Positions 16,881 to 27,397 of a stretch of DNA of 64,000 bases are shown here, in pieces. The DNA is from a virus. The notes beneath the pieces are model-generated. The model was not told the DNA's origin, did not search any database, and was given only the letters and a program-made list of their open reading frames with translations. The position numbers and the translations under genes were made by a program. Every line of letters begins with the position of its first letter. Positions within the stretch are counted from its first letter, which is position 1. The stretch lies in IMG/VR virus record IMGVR_UViG_3300035670_000110, positions 1 to 64,000 of that record. One strand, 5' to 3'.

Positions 16881-18658
16881 ACCATTCCTATTGATTGAAT
16901 GTAATCATCTATATTTCCTCCATTATTATTTTTAGGAGGAACTATCATATTCTTTTCTGCTTCTGCTTTTCGTGAATCACGAATGAACTGCTTGTAGGTA
17001 TGAACCTCTATTTCTATCTCTTGAGTTTCTTTTTTTGTATTGGCTATGGCATTATAGATGCTTCCGCAAACGGCGTCAGATAGGTCCTTGCTTCCCTTTC
17101 TAGGGTGATCTACCTTGTCACGAATAATTCTTAACTGTAACAATTCATCAATCAACAGGGGGATGCTGGGTCCGATTATTCTTTCTTCACCAACTAACAT
17201 AGCCATGTCATCATAGTGTTTTTTTGCCACAGAAAGAGTTTCTGTCTCAATACCAATCATTCTTAATTCAGCCATGATGTCATGGGAGTTCCACCTATCA
17301 AAGGTTACCTTCTTAATATTAAACCCTCTAGATCTAAGGTCTACAATAAATTGTTTAACTTCAGAGAAGTCTACGGATTTATCTGAGGTGGGAGTCCACC
17401 ATCTTACGCAATCTACAGCCACTATCGGGCTTATCACATTGTGATTTAAAAAACTTTTAACGTGAACCCATCGCTCCACATGTGACATAGATACAGCACA
17501 ATGGTCATGCTTCTGCGCCAAATCGACATGGACATAGTATTCTTTTCCTTCTTGAGGAATAAACCAGTCTTTAAATCGACCTTCGTCGTCCACACCATTC
17601 ATTGGTTGATTAAAACATGTAATAATTTTTTCACGAGATTTGAAAAACGCATCCACTGCGTCTGCTGGCATACATGCAAATCTTCCAAGAGCATCTACAG
17701 GATTATTAAAAAATGATATTTTAAAATCTTCTATGGATCTTGTTGGATTAATATCCCAGGTTGGCCTTCTTAATGCAAAAACTTTAGGGTATCTATAGGC
17801 ATTAATATGATCTTCTTCCCAATGAATAGTAAATTCATTTTCTGGAACATTCTCAAGTTCTTCATCTAATTTAAAAGTGTGAGATCTTATTTCCGTTTCT
17901 TTGTCAGCAATAACTGATTCGTATCTTTGTTGAATAAAATCATTCTTATATCTAGGAAAAGAAAGCAGAACAACCTTGCCGAAGTCTGGGAATCGGGAAT
18001 CTACTGAGGCCCTATACATATCATAGATCGCTTGTCCAGTCTTTGCTTGCTCGTTACCACTAGTTGACACTGTACTAAATCCAGATATCTCGTCAAGGAT
18101 CACGCAAATAACATTATATCCCTCCCAAGACTCCCTTTCTGAGTGTCCTGAGTGACATGTAATAGATTTGTCAAATGATACACTTTGCGCTGTGATACTA
18201 TATTTTCCAACAAACCATGGAGAATCTTCTATTCTTTTTCTAAATCCCTTGAAAAATACATTCTTTGCCTGCTCTGAGTTAATAGCAATATTAATAATAT
18301 CTATTGAATCTCCTGGAGGCTTGCCAAAATATTTTGCAGGGTCTTTTAGGCATAGCAATAAATAAACTAAATAGGTAACAGATATGGTAGAAAGATAATC
18401 TTTCCCAGAACCCTTCCCAAGTTGAAGTATTACTTCGTTACATGTCTGACGATATCTTTTAAGCCCCTTTTCCTCTCCCATAAGATTGATTAAAGTTTCT
18501 TTTTTGTATATTTGAGTCATTGCTTTAATAGCCTGGTATTGATATTCAGACAACGGCGGTAGTTTTAAATAATTTTCACTAGTAACAAATTCTTCAATCT
18601 CTACTGGCTTTTCGTCAAACTCGTCCTCTTCTAGGGCAGAAAGAAAGTCGTCAAACAT
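16877..18658 (-). CDS. terL: Terminase large subunit
   Basis: Walker A LGKGSGKD, Walker B VILDE, coupling motif LLSFPR, nuclease motifs HVDLA, FDRWNS and KDLSDA. Confidence 0.92.
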   Translation of the reverse strand: MFDDFLSALEEDEFDEKPVEIEEFVTSENYLKLPPLSEYQYQAIKAMTQIYKKETLINLMGEEKGLKRYRQTCNEVILQLGKGSGKDYLSTISVTYLVYLLLCLKDPAKYFGKPPGDSIDIINIAINSEQAKNVFFKGFRKRIEDSPWFVGKYSITAQSVSFDKSITCHSGHSERESWEGYNVICVILDEISGFSTVSTSGNEQAKTGQAIYDMYRASVDSRFPDFGKVVLLSFPRYKNDFIQQRYESVIADKETEIRSHTFKLDEELENVPENEFTIHWEEDHINAYRYPKVFALRRPTWDINPTRSIEDFKISFFNNPVDALGRFACMPADAVDAFFKSREKIITCFNQPMNGVDDEGRFKDWFIPQEGKEYYVHVDLAQKHDHCAVSMSHVERWVHVKSFLNHNVISPIVAVDCVRWWTPTSDKSVDFSEVKQFIVDLRSRGFNIKKVTFDRWNSHDIMAELRMIGIETETLSVAKKHYDDMAMLVGEERIIGPSIPLLIDELLQLRIIRDKVDHPRKGSKDLSDAVCGSIYNAIANTKKETQEIEIEVHTYKQFIRDSRKAEAEKNMIVPPKNNNGGNIDDYIQSIGMV

Positions 18659-19173
18659 CAGAAACCTTCGGCCTTTCCTGTTATTTCTTCCAGTCTTTTA
18701 TGCACTTCTAGTTTACAATGCGTACAATCTGCTACCACTTCTTTTAGAATTTTTACAAGGAGTTCTTGTTTTCTTTCTGTCTCCATTATTTGAGCAGCCA
18801 TTTCAGTGTCTTCAATAAGACCGGCCTTCTGTAGCATATCTATTTGTTTTTGCTGAATGTCTGAAACTATTTTAATTCCAGTTGCTTTTCTAGAAAGATC
18901 TCCTATTTGACTGGCCTGGTTTATTACATCCCAGCCTTCTTCTATAAGCATGGAGTAGTGCCTGTCGGCCCCAGATAAAGCCTCTCTTGCACGCATCTGA
19001 ATCTGTCTATCACTCTGTATAACAGATCGCCATTCATCAAGATACTCCTGAACCTCAGTTCTTTTAAATCCAGTAAGTTTTGCTATTTGAGTTGGGTTAG
19101 TCGTGCCCTTTAAAAAGGTGTCTACTACCTTATTTATTCTTTCCCACCTATCGGCAAGTTCTAATTCACGCAT
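18658..19173 (-). CDS. Probable terminase small subunit (HTH plus helical region)
   Basis: NPTQIAKLTGFKRTEV HTH; directly upstream of terL. Confidence 0.6.
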   Translation of the reverse strand: MRELELADRWERINKVVDTFLKGTTNPTQIAKLTGFKRTEVQEYLDEWRSVIQSDRQIQMRAREALSGADRHYSMLIEEGWDVINQASQIGDLSRKATGIKIVSDIQQKQIDMLQKAGLIEDTEMAAQIMETERKQELLVKILKEVVADCTHCKLEVHKRLEEITGKAEGF

Positions 19174-19459
19174 TCATCTTCTTTCTTATGCTTTTTTTTG
19201 CCCTAATTAATCCTTTTAATTTTTCTATATAAAAAGATCTATATTCTCCTGTCACATTATTTATGCAGTCTATCCATGTAACATCTTTATTAATATTGTG
19301 GGCAAGTTGTATAAACCTAAAGGTTCCACGAACGTCTTTAATCTTAATTAAATCTCCTGGCTTTATTACATCCTTTCCATATTTTATTTCATAAAATACA
19401 GATATATCATCATTTACATGATATGGTTTTCTATCATATTCTTTTTTTTGTCTAGACAT
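19166..19459 (-). CDS. Conserved actinophage hypothetical protein (SH3-like)
   Basis: IKPGDLIKIK..RGTFRF...TWID...RSFY. Confidence 0.6.
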   Translation of the reverse strand: MSRQKKEYDRKPYHVNDDISVFYEIKYGKDVIKPGDLIKIKDVRGTFRFIQLAHNINKDVTWIDCINNVTGEYRSFYIEKLKGLIRAKKSIRKKMNA

Positions 19460-19477
19460 GACTCTCCTAAAGGATGC

Positions 19478-19654
19478 TTAGGTTGCGTATCCGCTTCCGC
19501 CGCGAGTTGGTGCCCATACCATTCCTGGCCTATCTATATTTCTAACCAGCCTGTGTCCGCAGGAAGGGCATAAGGCATTGTCCCTATTCTCTATCTTTTG
19601 TATGATCTCATGGTCCTCATTACATTCCATACAAGTATAAGTATATAGTGGCAT
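19478..19654 (-). CDS. FmdB-like zinc ribbon protein
   Basis: MPLYTYTCMEC...CPSCG. Confidence 0.75.
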   Translation of the reverse strand: MPLYTYTCMECNEDHEIIQKIENRDNALCPSCGHRLVRNIDRPGMVWAPTRGGSGYAT

Positions 19655-19998
19655 TATTTCCAAGTCTCCTTGTTTGCAATACTTAATAGTACCAGATACC
19701 CCATTAGGTCGTCAATATCATTATCTCCAAGGAATTCTGTTCCGCGAACAAAGCGAGACAATTTATCATCAATTCTTACCTTTAATTGTTCTATATTATC
19801 TGAACTAGAAAATATTCTTACTGGATCTAGCGCGGAATTGCCATAGGCTCTATTCTTTTTAATAAGAAGTTCTGCCATTCGGTTGCATTCATTCTGTATT
19901 GCCAACTCTGTATTATTTCTTGGTATTGTTTCAAGTCCATTGTTAATGGACTGGCTCATTTCTTCCACAAACATTTGATTCCAGTCTTTTTCTATCAT
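19654..19998 (-). CDS. Nucleotide-modification-associated domain (DUF1599/Nmad1-like)
   Basis: LLIKKNRAYGNS...VRIDDKLSR...DLMGYLVL. Confidence 0.75.
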   Translation of the reverse strand: MIEKDWNQMFVEEMSQSINNGLETIPRNNTELAIQNECNRMAELLIKKNRAYGNSALDPVRIFSSSDNIEQLKVRIDDKLSRFVRGTEFLGDNDIDDLMGYLVLLSIANKETWK

Positions 19999-20159
19999 CT
20001 TTTTAACTTCCTCTGGTCTCTAATTAATCCAAATTTTACAAGATATCGATATATTGTTTGATGACTCACATTACATTCTTTCGCTATTTCTTCCAGGCTT
20101 TTCTTTTCGATAACATATCTTTTTGTTAAAAAAGCCTTGCTTTCATATAATTTAGCCAC
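19995..20159 (-). CDS. Small HTH DNA-binding protein (54 aa)
   Basis: Manual ORF from GTG: AKLYESKAFL..RY..EKKSLEEIAKECNVSHQTIYRYLVKFGL. Confidence 0.75.
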   Translation of the reverse strand: MAKLYESKAFLTKRYVIEKKSLEEIAKECNVSHQTIYRYLVKFGLIRDQRKLKR

Positions 20160-20718
20160 GGTTTATCAAATTTTTCTGTGCATAATATGCAATGCCAAAA
20201 GCATCACCAACGTCATTATCACTAAGGTCTAATAAAAACTTTTGATTAAAATAATCTAATGTTCTTTGCTTTCTCATATCTCTAGATTTATTTCTATACC
20301 AAGTTTCAGTTTTTCCTGGAAAATTATTTTTAATGTCTTCCTTTTCCTGCTTATTTAAATTCTTATTACCTATAAAATTTTGCCACGCTGAAGGAGGGAC
20401 GGTTATTATTTTATTTGCATCTATAGCAAGTTCCGATATTAGGACGCCTACGATCATAGCCATATTAATGGCTACCGCTTGAGATCTTACCATAATAGCC
20501 GACTCTATACAAATATAATCTGGAGATACTTCATTCTTAATAAACTGCATTTTATTTCTACAGTCTACAACCTTTTCATAAATATTATTTCCGTTAAATA
20601 CTATTTTGCCCCATTTTACAGGCTGTTCATTTAATAGGCAGAAGGCGAGAGAGTTTGTAGATGAGTCTATGCCCATCACAACATTAGCGTTTTGCTTTAC
20701 CAGTTTTTTTAGCGACAC
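20152..20718 (-). CDS. RuvC-like Holliday junction resolvase
   Basis: MGIDSST, ICIES, DNDVGDAFGIA. Confidence 0.85.
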   Translation of the reverse strand: MSLKKLVKQNANVVMGIDSSTNSLAFCLLNEQPVKWGKIVFNGNNIYEKVVDCRNKMQFIKNEVSPDYICIESAIMVRSQAVAINMAMIVGVLISELAIDANKIITVPPSAWQNFIGNKNLNKQEKEDIKNNFPGKTETWYRNKSRDMRKQRTLDYFNQKFLLDLSDNDVGDAFGIAYYAQKNLINRG

Positions 20719-20980
20719 TGTTAATAACCTCTAGTATATTTTTTTTATCATTATTTTTATTTTTTTGATCACAAACAAAGCATACAAAATTTTCATTATA
20801 TCTGCTGAGCAACTGACCGCAAGAACAATATCTTTTTTGACCGCTCAGGCGTTTTTTATTTTCATAATATTTCTCCATTATTTTTTTATTTGTAGCAATT
20901 CTACAGCAAGATGGAGTGCAATACTTTTGATTTTTTTTGTTGGTTTCAAACTCTATATTACAATTTACACATTTTTTCAT
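20684..20980 (-). CDS. Cys-rich zinc-binding hypothetical protein
   Basis: CVNC, YCTPSC, CSC, CFVC. Confidence 0.65.
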   Translation of the reverse strand: MKKCVNCNIEFETNKKNQKYCTPSCCRIATNKKIMEKYYENKKRLSGQKRYCSCGQLLSRYNENFVCFVCDQKNKNNDKKNILEVINSVAKKTGKAKR

Positions 20981-21753
20981 TCAGTTCCTACCTTTAGATT
21001 TGGAATTTTATCTTTTCCTTCTTCTTTTTCCAGGCAGGCTTCAGATACCGGGCAATTCTTACAGACCCAAGTTGATTTAGTATATCCACGTTTTGGAGGT
21101 ATACCATCATTATAATGTTGATAAACGTTATTCATCCAATCAAAAACGTAATCTATATACTCTTCGTTCTTTTCCGTCATTTGAATTGGAACAGATATTA
21201 GTTCATTATCATTTTTATTTTCATACAAAATGAAACCCTCTTTTGCCCCTTCTATTTTCATGTATATAAGAAGTTGAAGTAAATGGCTGGGTGAGGGGCT
21301 TCCCTCGCTTTTTCTTTGTATAAAATACTGATCTTTTATTGTTTTAATTTCACCGATTATTTCTTCATCATTTATTTCTAAAACTATGTCTGCAAAACCT
21401 CTAACAGGCGGATTTTCGCTTTTTATTTCTCGCTCACGTTCTTTTAATAATCCTGTTGTTTCTATTAACTTTTCTATTCTTTCGTGAGCGTCCGTTCCAG
21501 ATCTCATTGATGCTATATTTGCTGCAGGAATATTCTCAGTAAACTCTGCTCCATTGAATGCTATCCACCAGTATCTAGCACAGGTTCCGTGCCCATACCC
21601 TACTGTACTGGGGGCAAAAGTTTTCTTTTGCTTAAACTCTTTAACTGTATTTGTTTTTTGGTAAGCAGAGTTAAGCATTTTTACAAACTTTTTTGCGTCT
21701 AGTTTAGTATCTCTAGGCTTATTCATTAGTGTGTGAATTAAATTTTTAGTCAT
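20977..21753 (-). CDS. Cas4-like PD-(D/E)xK exonuclease
   Basis: APS...CAR, GTDAHERI, GFAD, EIKT, QLLIY, C-terminal CKNC...C. Confidence 0.85.
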   Translation of the reverse strand: MTKNLIHTLMNKPRDTKLDAKKFVKMLNSAYQKTNTVKEFKQKKTFAPSTVGYGHGTCARYWWIAFNGAEFTENIPAANIASMRSGTDAHERIEKLIETTGLLKEREREIKSENPPVRGFADIVLEINDEEIIGEIKTIKDQYFIQRKSEGSPSPSHLLQLLIYMKIEGAKEGFILYENKNDNELISVPIQMTEKNEEYIDYVFDWMNNVYQHYNDGIPPKRGYTKSTWVCKNCPVSEACLEKEEGKDKIPNLKVGTE

Positions 21754-21755
21754 AA

Positions 21756-22088
21756 TTAACCTAAATTATACCTTACTATATACTTTAGAGAGTCTACTAA
21801 TTTATCAAGGGAGTCCTTGGTTGAGTAATAAACATTCTTTTTAATGTTATTTGGCGAGCCTGTTGGCCCTTTTGCAGCAGTTGAATACCAGGCTGCTAAT
21901 ATCCCAAACTTTGCTGAAAGAGCCTGAAGTTTTGCAATAAGGGTCAGGGCTTGTGTCGGAGGAATGTCTGGCTTAGAAATGATTTTTACTATGGCTGCCA
22001 TGGCATCATCTAATCCATCATCACGAATGAATTCATGTATATCAGAGAATTCAGAAACCTGATTAATAAGGTCAATAGTGTTATCCAT
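21756..22088 (-). CDS. Conserved phage hypothetical protein (helical)
   Basis: ORF in the recombination operon. Confidence 0.7.
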   Translation of the reverse strand: MDNTIDLINQVSEFSDIHEFIRDDGLDDAMAAIVKIISKPDIPPTQALTLIAKLQALSAKFGILAAWYSTAAKGPTGSPNNIKKNVYYSTKDSLDKLVDSLKYIVRYNLG

Positions 22089-22380
22089 TTATTTCCTCCA
22101 GCAACTCTTCAAGAATTTCCCATTCGATTACTGCTAGCCTAGTCTTTCTTCCGCTAGACCCAAGTACCAGCATTAGTAATGGATTTTTTGTATTATCTGT
22201 TTTTAAGCAATCAGTAACAATCTTGGCCCATATATCTTCATTAATAGATATTGATTTAGAATATTCTTTTACATCTACAATAAATCTATCTAAATTTCCA
22301 TCTGCCTTTTGATATTGACCTCGACCACTATTTTTATGAGCCTTAGCGCCCATTCTTTTTAACTCTGATCGCTCACTCAT
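22081..22380 (-). CDS. PD-(D/E)xK nuclease / Holliday junction resolvase-like protein
   Basis: NSGRG..KAD...VDVKE; start placed at MSERSE. Confidence 0.7.
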   Translation of the reverse strand: MSERSELKRMGAKAHKNSGRGQYQKADGNLDRFIVDVKEYSKSISINEDIWAKIVTDCLKTDNTKNPLLMLVLGSSGRKTRLAVIEWEILEELLEEING

Positions 22381-22570
22381 ATACCAACCTTGCACTTCCT
22401 TCATGCCCGTTCGGGCATACCCAATAAACCTTTTTATTTTCTGAATCATATTTTCCTGTACTAGATACTTCAAAGCATCCTATCTCTGGACAAGAAAAAG
22501 ATCCTTCGATATCTTTGAAAGTTTTATTTTGCTTAGGGGATGGCTTAATAAAGTTTTTAGGATCTATCAT
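22373..22570 (-). CDS. Small zinc-ribbon protein
   Basis: CPEIGC...WVCPNGH. Confidence 0.65.
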   Translation of the reverse strand: MIDPKNFIKPSPKQNKTFKDIEGSFSCPEIGCFEVSSTGKYDSENKKVYWVCPNGHEGSARLVYE

Positions 22571-23574
22571 ATTTTTTCATACACCAACTTAGATAATTCT
22601 TCTTGCATATCTAGGTTTTCTCTTACAGATGCAATAACATTGGCCCGCCCCTGAATTCTTTCTCCAAGAACTGTGTACCACGCACCACCTCGCTCAATGA
22701 CCCCCAGCATTTCTGCAGTATCTACTAGGTCTGCTATCCAGTCCACGCCAACGTGAGATCCCTGAAAATAAAAATCGTACGATCCAGTTATAAACTGTGG
22801 TCCAGTTTTATTATAATCTATTGTCCAGTTAACTGGGCGACCAACCTTTTGCTCAATAAGTTTATCTCCGACAGAAATTTTATCTTTAATAGAGGATGCT
22901 TCTGATTCACTAGACCATAGTTTAATGATAGTGCTTGAAAAGAATTTAACTGCCATACCTCCTGTTGGAATATGGCTAGCGTGCATGGTCCCAAATTGAT
23001 TTCTTTGCTGAGAAATAAGGATTAATAATGTTTTGTCATTTACATAGTTAAGCATTTTTACAGCATGTGTCATGTCTTTAGCCTCAGCACCGATTTGTTT
23101 TGTATCCTGTAACTGCTTCAGTTCTGATCCATCTTTTTCAAAATATATAGCGGGGAGAAGGGCAGATATAGAGTCCACCACTAAAATGTCTACGCCAGAT
23201 TGAATTAATTGCGTTCCAACATCAACCATGTCATTGATAGTTTTTGCAGAAGAATATATCAATGATTCCGAATTAACTCCAAGTCGCTCCGCCCATTCTG
23301 GAGAATAGGATTGCTCTGAATCTATCCAAGCGCACAACTTGCCTTCTTTTTGTGCTTCTGCTATTAATTGAAGGCAGAATGATGATTTTCCTGCACTCTT
23401 ATTTCCCCATATTAAAACTTGTCTGCCATACGCCAAACCTCCCTTTAATGCAAAATTTAAAGATAGGCTGGGAGTTTTTTGTTTATAAATTTCTACATTA
23501 GATGCGCTTCCTACCATTTTTCTTATTTTTGGATCTAGTTTCGACAGAACTTCTTCCATCATCATGTCGCTCAT
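22567..23574 (-). CDS. recA: RecA/UvsX-like recombinase
   Basis: GGLAYGR, GNKSAGKS, WIDSE, VVDSISAL, PTGGMAVKF, GGAWY. Confidence 0.93.
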   Translation of the reverse strand: MSDMMMEEVLSKLDPKIRKMVGSASNVEIYKQKTPSLSLNFALKGGLAYGRQVLIWGNKSAGKSSFCLQLIAEAQKEGKLCAWIDSEQSYSPEWAERLGVNSESLIYSSAKTINDMVDVGTQLIQSGVDILVVDSISALLPAIYFEKDGSELKQLQDTKQIGAEAKDMTHAVKMLNYVNDKTLLILISQQRNQFGTMHASHIPTGGMAVKFFSSTIIKLWSSESEASSIKDKISVGDKLIEQKVGRPVNWTIDYNKTGPQFITGSYDFYFQGSHVGVDWIADLVDTAEMLGVIERGGAWYTVLGERIQGRANVIASVRENLDMQEELSKLVYEKI

Positions 23575-23734
23575 TAAAATGATTCTCCAATACTTCCGCT
23601 AACTCTTTTATGTCCTGATCTCTAGAACGTTTTAGGGTCAATATTATTTTTTCTAAAAGCGGCTCATTATAGCCGCGAACAACAAGCAGTTTTTCTCCAT
23701 CGACCCCATGAAGAAAGTAGCCATTTAACTCCAC
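23498..23734 (-). CDS. Hypothetical phage protein
   Basis: Fills the gap between the MazG-like gene and recA; start uncertain. Confidence 0.55.
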   Translation of the reverse strand: MELNGYFLHGVDGEKLLVVRGYNEPLLEKIILTLKRSRDQDIKELAEVLENHFNERHDDGRSSVETRSKNKKNGRKRI

Positions 23735-23741
23735 TAGTATA

Positions 23742-24080
23742 TCATCCCTTGACGCCGTGCAGTTTTGGACGACTCTCATTAACCTTAGCCTTTTGCTTAA
23801 CAGTCTTTTCCAAAGAAAATAGGACTTCTCCCTTTTCCCTCAGACCTTCATACAAATCTAAAACTCTAATAACGATATCGGCTAATTCCTCAACCACCTG
23901 ATCGTGCCCTTTTGATTTTCTAAGGGCCTCTAGAACCTCTGTCGCCTCTGAGTGGATCATTGCTATTTGTTTCGCATAGAAGATAAAGTGATCTTCTTCT
24001 GGCATTTTTTCTAATGAATCCCAAAATCCTTTTGAGACTGCCGTCTGATGTAATTCATATGCTAATTTATCTAAATTCAT
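23742..24080 (-). CDS. MazG-like NTP pyrophosphohydrolase
   Basis: IHSEATEVLEALRK...EELADIVIRVLD. Confidence 0.85.
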   Translation of the reverse strand: MNLDKLAYELHQTAVSKGFWDSLEKMPEEDHFIFYAKQIAMIHSEATEVLEALRKSKGHDQVVEELADIVIRVLDLYEGLREKGEVLFSLEKTVKQKAKVNESRPKLHGVKG

Positions 24081-27000
24081 CTAATAAAACCTTTCAATGA
24101 TATAGCCCCTGAGTTTGTCTCTGCGAGAATAGGCTTACAATGCGTCCCTGGCTTCATCTTAGACAAAGACTCCGCATAGACAGAGGGGAAAATAATAACT
24201 GATGTTAACTCTTTATCTTCATTTGCTAAAACTGCATGGGCCATCTTGTCTCCCTTTTTGGTTTTTCTTGGCTCAACATCCACGACGAAATATTCATCTG
24301 GACCCAACACCATAGTCTTAGCCTTTAAGAATTGTACAAAGGAACTCTTAGTGGAATCAAGGGAGTCCGGCTGTATGTATGAAGATATTCTATTGTCCGA
24401 TATTAGGAATATATATATCTTTCCCGGCTCTATCTGTGTATCCTGATTGTGAAAAACTCCTACGCTGGCCGTCTTGTCAACAATCTCTACGCGGCTCCAT
24501 CCGTCTCCTCGCTTAATGCTCTTTACCATAGCCATTACGATAAAAGCACCATCCTCCTCATATTCTTCCAGCGGTTTAAAGTACGACTCTACCCACCTAG
24601 GAATATTAGTAACAAACTCTGGAATATTAAGGTACTCATAAAGGTGCTCTCTTTCATTTCCAGTCCTGGGGTTATCGGGAAAAGCGGCTCCACCTATTTT
24701 ATTCAGGGCATCCACGGCCCTGCTGTTAACCCCAGAACCCTTCTTTGTTGTAAATTGTATAAATTCTTGATAAGAGTTAAACGGTCTAGCCGCGATTATC
24801 TTTTTTGCGATTCCCTCTGAAATAAATTTTATGTTTCCTAGACCAAACCTAATCGCATCCCCTTCTAGGGTAAAGTCTTCTCCAGATTCATTAATGTGGG
24901 GGAGCCTAATTTTTATGTTCATTCTTTTTGCTTCAATTAGGTAGTCTGTTCTTTTATCCTTGTCCCCCTCATTTTTCATAAGAGAAAACATAAACTCTAC
25001 GGGATAATATTTCTTTAACCATGCCGTCCAGTAAGAGAGCGTAGAGTATGCGACAGCATGACTCTTATTAAACGAGTAACCTGCATGAGCCTCAAACTGG
25101 TGCCATAGATTTTCTGCGGCTTCCTTTGAAATGTGCCGTGAAGCGCCAGCAATAAATTTATCCTTGAACTGGTCGAATTCTTTTGCATCCTTCTTCTTTC
25201 CAATAATTTTACGGACTTTATCCGCCTCAGCCATGGTCATTCCACCAAGACTTACACATGCCTGCATGACTTGCTCTTGGTAAAGAATACATCCATAAGT
25301 ATCTTCAGTAAACTCTTTCATTATGGGGTGAACATATGATACTGCCTGACGCCCCTTCTTTCTTTTGATATAGTCTGCGCCAATAGTGTTCATTGCTCCC
25401 GGTCTTACTAGAGCATTAGACGCTGCTAATTCATCCATGCTGCTTACACCCATCTTTATCAAAAGATTAGTGTAGGGCACCGCTTCTGCCTGGAATACCC
25501 CTTTTGTAAATCCAGCAGATAAATCTGCATAAATCTCTGGATCATCTAACGGAATGGAAGACAGGTCTATATCTATTTCACGCCTTTCTTTTACATTCTT
25601 GATGGTATCTTGTATTACTGTTAGGGTTTTTAATCCCAAAGCATCAATTTTAATTAGACCAATCTCTGCTGCCTGATCCATGTCCACAGCAACAACAGGA
25701 ATTCTATTGTCACTTTGAGTATCTTTTCTAGTTTCCATAGGAGCATATTTAGATATTTCTGTCTTGGACGTTACAATTCCAGCCGCGTGCAGCCCTGTTC
25801 CACGGATTCTTCCCCTAAGCCTATCTGCGTACTCAACAACTTCAGGGTATCTGTCTCTGAATTCTTTGGCCCCAGGGGTTTTAATAAATTCCTCCCAGGT
25901 CTCTATACCCTTCAGTGCTTTATTTACTTCTGTAAGAGGGATGTTAAAGGCTCTTGCAACGTCTCTTACGACTCCTTTGTCCCGGAATGTATTAAAGGTG
26001 GCGATAGAGGCAACGTGCTTATATTCTTTTACAAGATAGTCTTTCACCTCACCACGGCGGCGGTCCTCATAATCTGTATCGATATCAGGGAAATCGTTTC
26101 TCTCAGGGTTGATGAATCTGAAGAAAAGAAGTCCGTATTTTATTGGGTCTATATCAGTTATCTCAAGTGCGTAGCAGACCAGACTTCCCGCAGCAGAGCC
26201 TCTACCTGGCCCCACCAAAATATTCTGAGATTTTGCCCAAGAAATCATATTCGATACAACAAGAAAGTAAGATGAGAAGTTCTTCTCTTTGATGATCTCT
26301 AACTCTTCTTTTGCTCTCTCCAGATATTCAGGCTTTATGAGATCCCTTTTTCTCAGTCCGTCCATAACCAATTGCTTAAGTTCTGAGTGTGGATCACTGT
26401 GGCTTACTGGTAGTAGATCTACTGCACTTTTAATATCATATCTACCGATCTTTTCAGATATCTCTACGCTATTCTGATAAATATCTTCACGATCTATTCC
26501 CTGGGCCAGCATCCGATCTTTCACATCGGAATAATTCATAAGCCAAATATCTAAATCTTTAAAGGACATTTGCCTATCTCCGTAAAGATAGTCCAGTCTT
26601 TCCATCAGATCTTTAATCTTTCGGCTTTTACCAAACTCTACTTCTTTAGAAATTTTAGGATGAGTTCCAAGGATAAGCATGATCTCTTCTGCCACCCTAT
26701 CTTCTGGAGAAGCATAGTGACAGTCTAGGGTTACTACGGGCTTAATATTTTGACTATCAGCCAAGAGAAGAAGAGAGCGATTGAGGTGTGAAGGATTATG
26801 TGGCTGAATCTCAATGTAAAAATCTTCTCCGAAAACATCTCTAAACCATCCAGCGTATTGTCTAGCAAGTTCTTCATTACCGTTCTCCAATGCTTTAGCA
26901 ATTATTCCATTCATACATCCAGATAAAACTATAAGTCCCTCTCTGTTTACCTCCAACATCTCAAAGTCGGTTCTTGGCTTTACGAAAAATCCATTTTCCC

Positions 27001-27334
27001 AGGCATCCTCAGAGAGTTTATTGAGATTATGAAGACCCGTGTCGTTTTTTGCAAGAACAATCAGGTGATTATAAATCTGATCGTCGGGGGTTCTTTCTTT
27101 CTTAGATCTCTTATCCATTCTATCTGTGGTGAAATAAGCCTCCAGTCCAAGAATGGGCTTTATATTATTTTCATTAGCCGCCTTGACTAGATCTCTATGT
27201 CCACTCAGTGTTCCGTGATCTGTTATAGAAAGTGCAGACATTCCTATCTCTGCTGCTCTTTTAATTAACTCTTCCGGGGAAGAGTATCCATCTAGAAGAC
27301 TATAATATGAATGTGAATGATGATTATGAAACAT
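24077..27334 (-). CDS. dnaE: DNA polymerase III alpha subunit (DnaE-type)
   Basis: PHP domain HSHSYYSLLDG and ITDHG, GRGSAAGSLV, PDIDTD, HAAG, KIDALGL, YSFNKSHA; no intein-sized insertion. Confidence 0.97.
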   Translation of the reverse strand: MFHNHHSHSYYSLLDGYSSPEELIKRAAEIGMSALSITDHGTLSGHRDLVKAANENNIKPILGLEAYFTTDRMDKRSKKERTPDDQIYNHLIVLAKNDTGLHNLNKLSEDAWENGFFVKPRTDFEMLEVNREGLIVLSGCMNGIIAKALENGNEELARQYAGWFRDVFGEDFYIEIQPHNPSHLNRSLLLLADSQNIKPVVTLDCHYASPEDRVAEEIMLILGTHPKISKEVEFGKSRKIKDLMERLDYLYGDRQMSFKDLDIWLMNYSDVKDRMLAQGIDREDIYQNSVEISEKIGRYDIKSAVDLLPVSHSDPHSELKQLVMDGLRKRDLIKPEYLERAKEELEIIKEKNFSSYFLVVSNMISWAKSQNILVGPGRGSAAGSLVCYALEITDIDPIKYGLLFFRFINPERNDFPDIDTDYEDRRRGEVKDYLVKEYKHVASIATFNTFRDKGVVRDVARAFNIPLTEVNKALKGIETWEEFIKTPGAKEFRDRYPEVVEYADRLRGRIRGTGLHAAGIVTSKTEISKYAPMETRKDTQSDNRIPVVAVDMDQAAEIGLIKIDALGLKTLTVIQDTIKNVKERREIDIDLSSIPLDDPEIYADLSAGFTKGVFQAEAVPYTNLLIKMGVSSMDELAASNALVRPGAMNTIGADYIKRKKGRQAVSYVHPIMKEFTEDTYGCILYQEQVMQACVSLGGMTMAEADKVRKIIGKKKDAKEFDQFKDKFIAGASRHISKEAAENLWHQFEAHAGYSFNKSHAVAYSTLSYWTAWLKKYYPVEFMFSLMKNEGDKDKRTDYLIEAKRMNIKIRLPHINESGEDFTLEGDAIRFGLGNIKFISEGIAKKIIAARPFNSYQEFIQFTTKKGSGVNSRAVDALNKIGGAAFPDNPRTGNEREHLYEYLNIPEFVTNIPRWVESYFKPLEEYEEDGAFIVMAMVKSIKRGDGWSRVEIVDKTASVGVFHNQDTQIEPGKIYIFLISDNRISSYIQPDSLDSTKSSFVQFLKAKTMVLGPDEYFVVDVEPRKTKKGDKMAHAVLANEDKELTSVIIFPSVYAESLSKMKPGTHCKPILAETNSGAISLKGFIR

Positions 27335-27355
27335 TTCTCTCCAATAATGAGTAAG

Positions 27356-27378
27356 CAGTAGGAGTATATCCTACTGCC
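27356..27378. terminator. Intergenic hairpin after the SSB gene
   Basis: gcagtagga-gtata-tcctactgc inverted repeat. Confidence 0.5.
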
Positions 27379-27397
27379 CACCCAACAATCAAAATTT

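Noticed and set aside
16877-19173. Terminase located far from portal as a rearrangement or misassembly
   Set aside because: Genes are seamlessly packed on both sides, and separation of terminase from head genes occurs in large actinophages
20977-21753. Cas4-like gene as evidence of a CRISPR system
   Set aside because: No repeat-spacer array or other cas genes were seen; solo Cas4-like nucleases are common in phage recombination modules
24246-26477. Several plus-strand ORFs (up to 186 aa) inside dnaE
   Set aside because: They are antisense to a highly conserved gene and show no recognisable motifs
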